Below are positions 63,155 to 64,000 of a stretch of 64,000 bases of DNA, in pieces; the first letter of the stretch is position 1; each line of letters starts with the position of its first letter. Origin of the DNA: Microcystaceae cyanobacterium (GTDB lineage Bacteria > Cyanobacteriota > Cyanobacteriia > Cyanobacteriales > Microcystaceae); the NCBI GenBank assembly GCA_041746575.1, contig JBGTGT010000121.1, forward strand, positions 50,277-114,276. The letters are read 5' to 3'. A program made the translations under genes and the position numbers. The notes beneath the pieces were generated by a model that saw only the letters and a program-made list of their open reading frames with translations, had not been told where the DNA came from and did not search any database.

Positions 63155-63637
63155 GCTTAATTTCTCTTTTTATTACCTATCTCCGGTTTCAATGGATCAT
63201 GATGTCGAATTATATTCAACAGATGAATCAAAAAGAAAAAGAAGTTGTAACCCTACAACTTTTGGAAACTCAAGATGACATCGTTTCTCCTCAAAATAAT
63301 ATTGATGTTGTAACTGGAAAATAATTTTATTATTTTGATGTTCTTAATAGCGATCATATAAATGTTGTTCAGCTAAATGAAGATCCAGAGAAAAAAAATA
63401 TTTGAAAAGGCTTTAACTCATTCTTTATCCCCTCAGCATTTATTAGAGAAACCTGTTTTAAAGATTGATGATTTGAATGATAAGCCACTACCAAAATCGC
63501 AAACAATGGTTACAGATATTATTTTTGTCATTCATGGTATTTGCGATCAGGGATTTTGGACTAAAAAAATTGCTCGAAAAATTCGATGTCTAAGTGATGA
63601 GCAAGAAAAGGAAAGATTACTCAGCTTATCTAATTAA
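63155..63637 (+). pseudogene. Internal fragment of an alpha/beta-hydrolase-like gene (stop, frameshift, truncated)
   Basis: Reads ..LRFQWIMM..LQLLETQDDIVSPQNNIDVVTGK*FYYFDVLNSDHINVV, then shifts frame to ..IIFVIHGICDQGFWTKKIARK; ends just before the IS remnant. Confidence 0.55.
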
Positions 63638-63638
63638 A

Positions 63639-63863
63639 TAATTGCTCAGTTGAAGATAATACCATTTTTCAAAAAGTGTGAGAGACTTAGAGCAGGTTAA
63701 AATAAGGAGAAGAAAAATGACAGGAGTGCCTCAAATAGAAATCAAGGAATCAGCGGAAGAATTGAAAGGATTAAGGAAAAAGCAAAGCAGTAGCTGAGGG
63801 TTTGCTAAAGTACAATGCCTCTACCTGTTAAAGATTAAAGCAGTAGAAACCGTCAGATACTTA
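63639..63863 (+). mobile_element. IS630-family transposase remnant (left part; internal stop; cut by a second IS)
   Basis: SD AAGGAG then ATG 63717: MTGVPQIEIKESAEELKGLRKKQSSS*GFAKVQCLYLLKIKAVETVRYL, resembling cyanobacterial IS630 HTH N-termini; TGA at 63795. Left boundary is approximate. Confidence 0.65.
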
Positions 63864-64000
63864 GGGAAGTCCAGAAAATAAAGTCTGCAATTAAGAAGAA
63901 GCAGCATCATAATAAATATCGACAAACCATCTACTCAACTGTTCAGAGCGATGTATTTTGGATTCAACGTGTTTCATCTCTTTTGTGGTCAAAGTAATGC
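63864..64000 (-). mobile_element. Right end of an ISAzo13-family element (transposase C-terminus + terminal IR)
   Basis: Minus-strand frame 63998->63891 reads ITLTTKEMKHVESKIHRSEQLSRWFVDIYYDAASS*, resembling ISAzo13 C-termini. End sequence GGGAAGTCCAGAAAATAAAGT is preceded by TTA (candidate 3-bp target). Confidence 0.65.

Noticed and set aside
1..64000. CRISPR arrays, tRNA or rRNA genes
   Set aside because: I saw no regularly spaced direct repeats, cloverleaf T-loop/D-loop signatures or rRNA-like tracts. Intergenic gaps are short.
1..64000. Frequent GCGATCGC octamers as a novel repeat
   Set aside because: This is the well-known cyanobacterial HIP1. Its absence from the 2.7-kb cassette is only weak support for foreign origin given the spacing elsewhere.

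Overview
This is a chromosomal window from a unicellular (Chroococcales-like) cyanobacterium. The assignment rests on abundant HIP1 octamers (GCGATCGC) and cyanobacterial gene families such as GUN4 kinase, CHAT, DUF760, DUF3747, Uma2, pentapeptide repeat and rbp-rpsU. Most of the window is housekeeping: hflX, thiE, gltS, hisG, aroE, ilvN, ftsI, pyrE, ureD, lpxD, carB, thrS, icd, tatC, plsX, fabH, aroC, lepB, rodA, mrp and a Fur-family regulator. I see no rRNA, tRNA or CRISPR array. The best candidate for an undescribed system is an AT-rich, tightly coupled three-gene cassette downstream of carB (35426->32767). It encodes a 3-TM membrane protein, an NDT/DUF4406-like N-glycosidase with the catalytic Glu, and a double ATP-grasp dikinase-like enzyme with a phospho-His swivel motif. 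By inference this resembles a nucleotide-signalling anti-phage or conflict system. Other points are a divergent dndC/dndB phosphorothioation pair without dndD/E, a probable ATC start codon for hflX, a serine-recombinase homolog lacking the catalytic motif, an RBS-sequestering leader on rbp, a nested inverted repeat between dndC and icd, a Uma2 pseudogene, and nested IS remnants at the right edge. All family calls come from motif recognition by eye; no database search was run.
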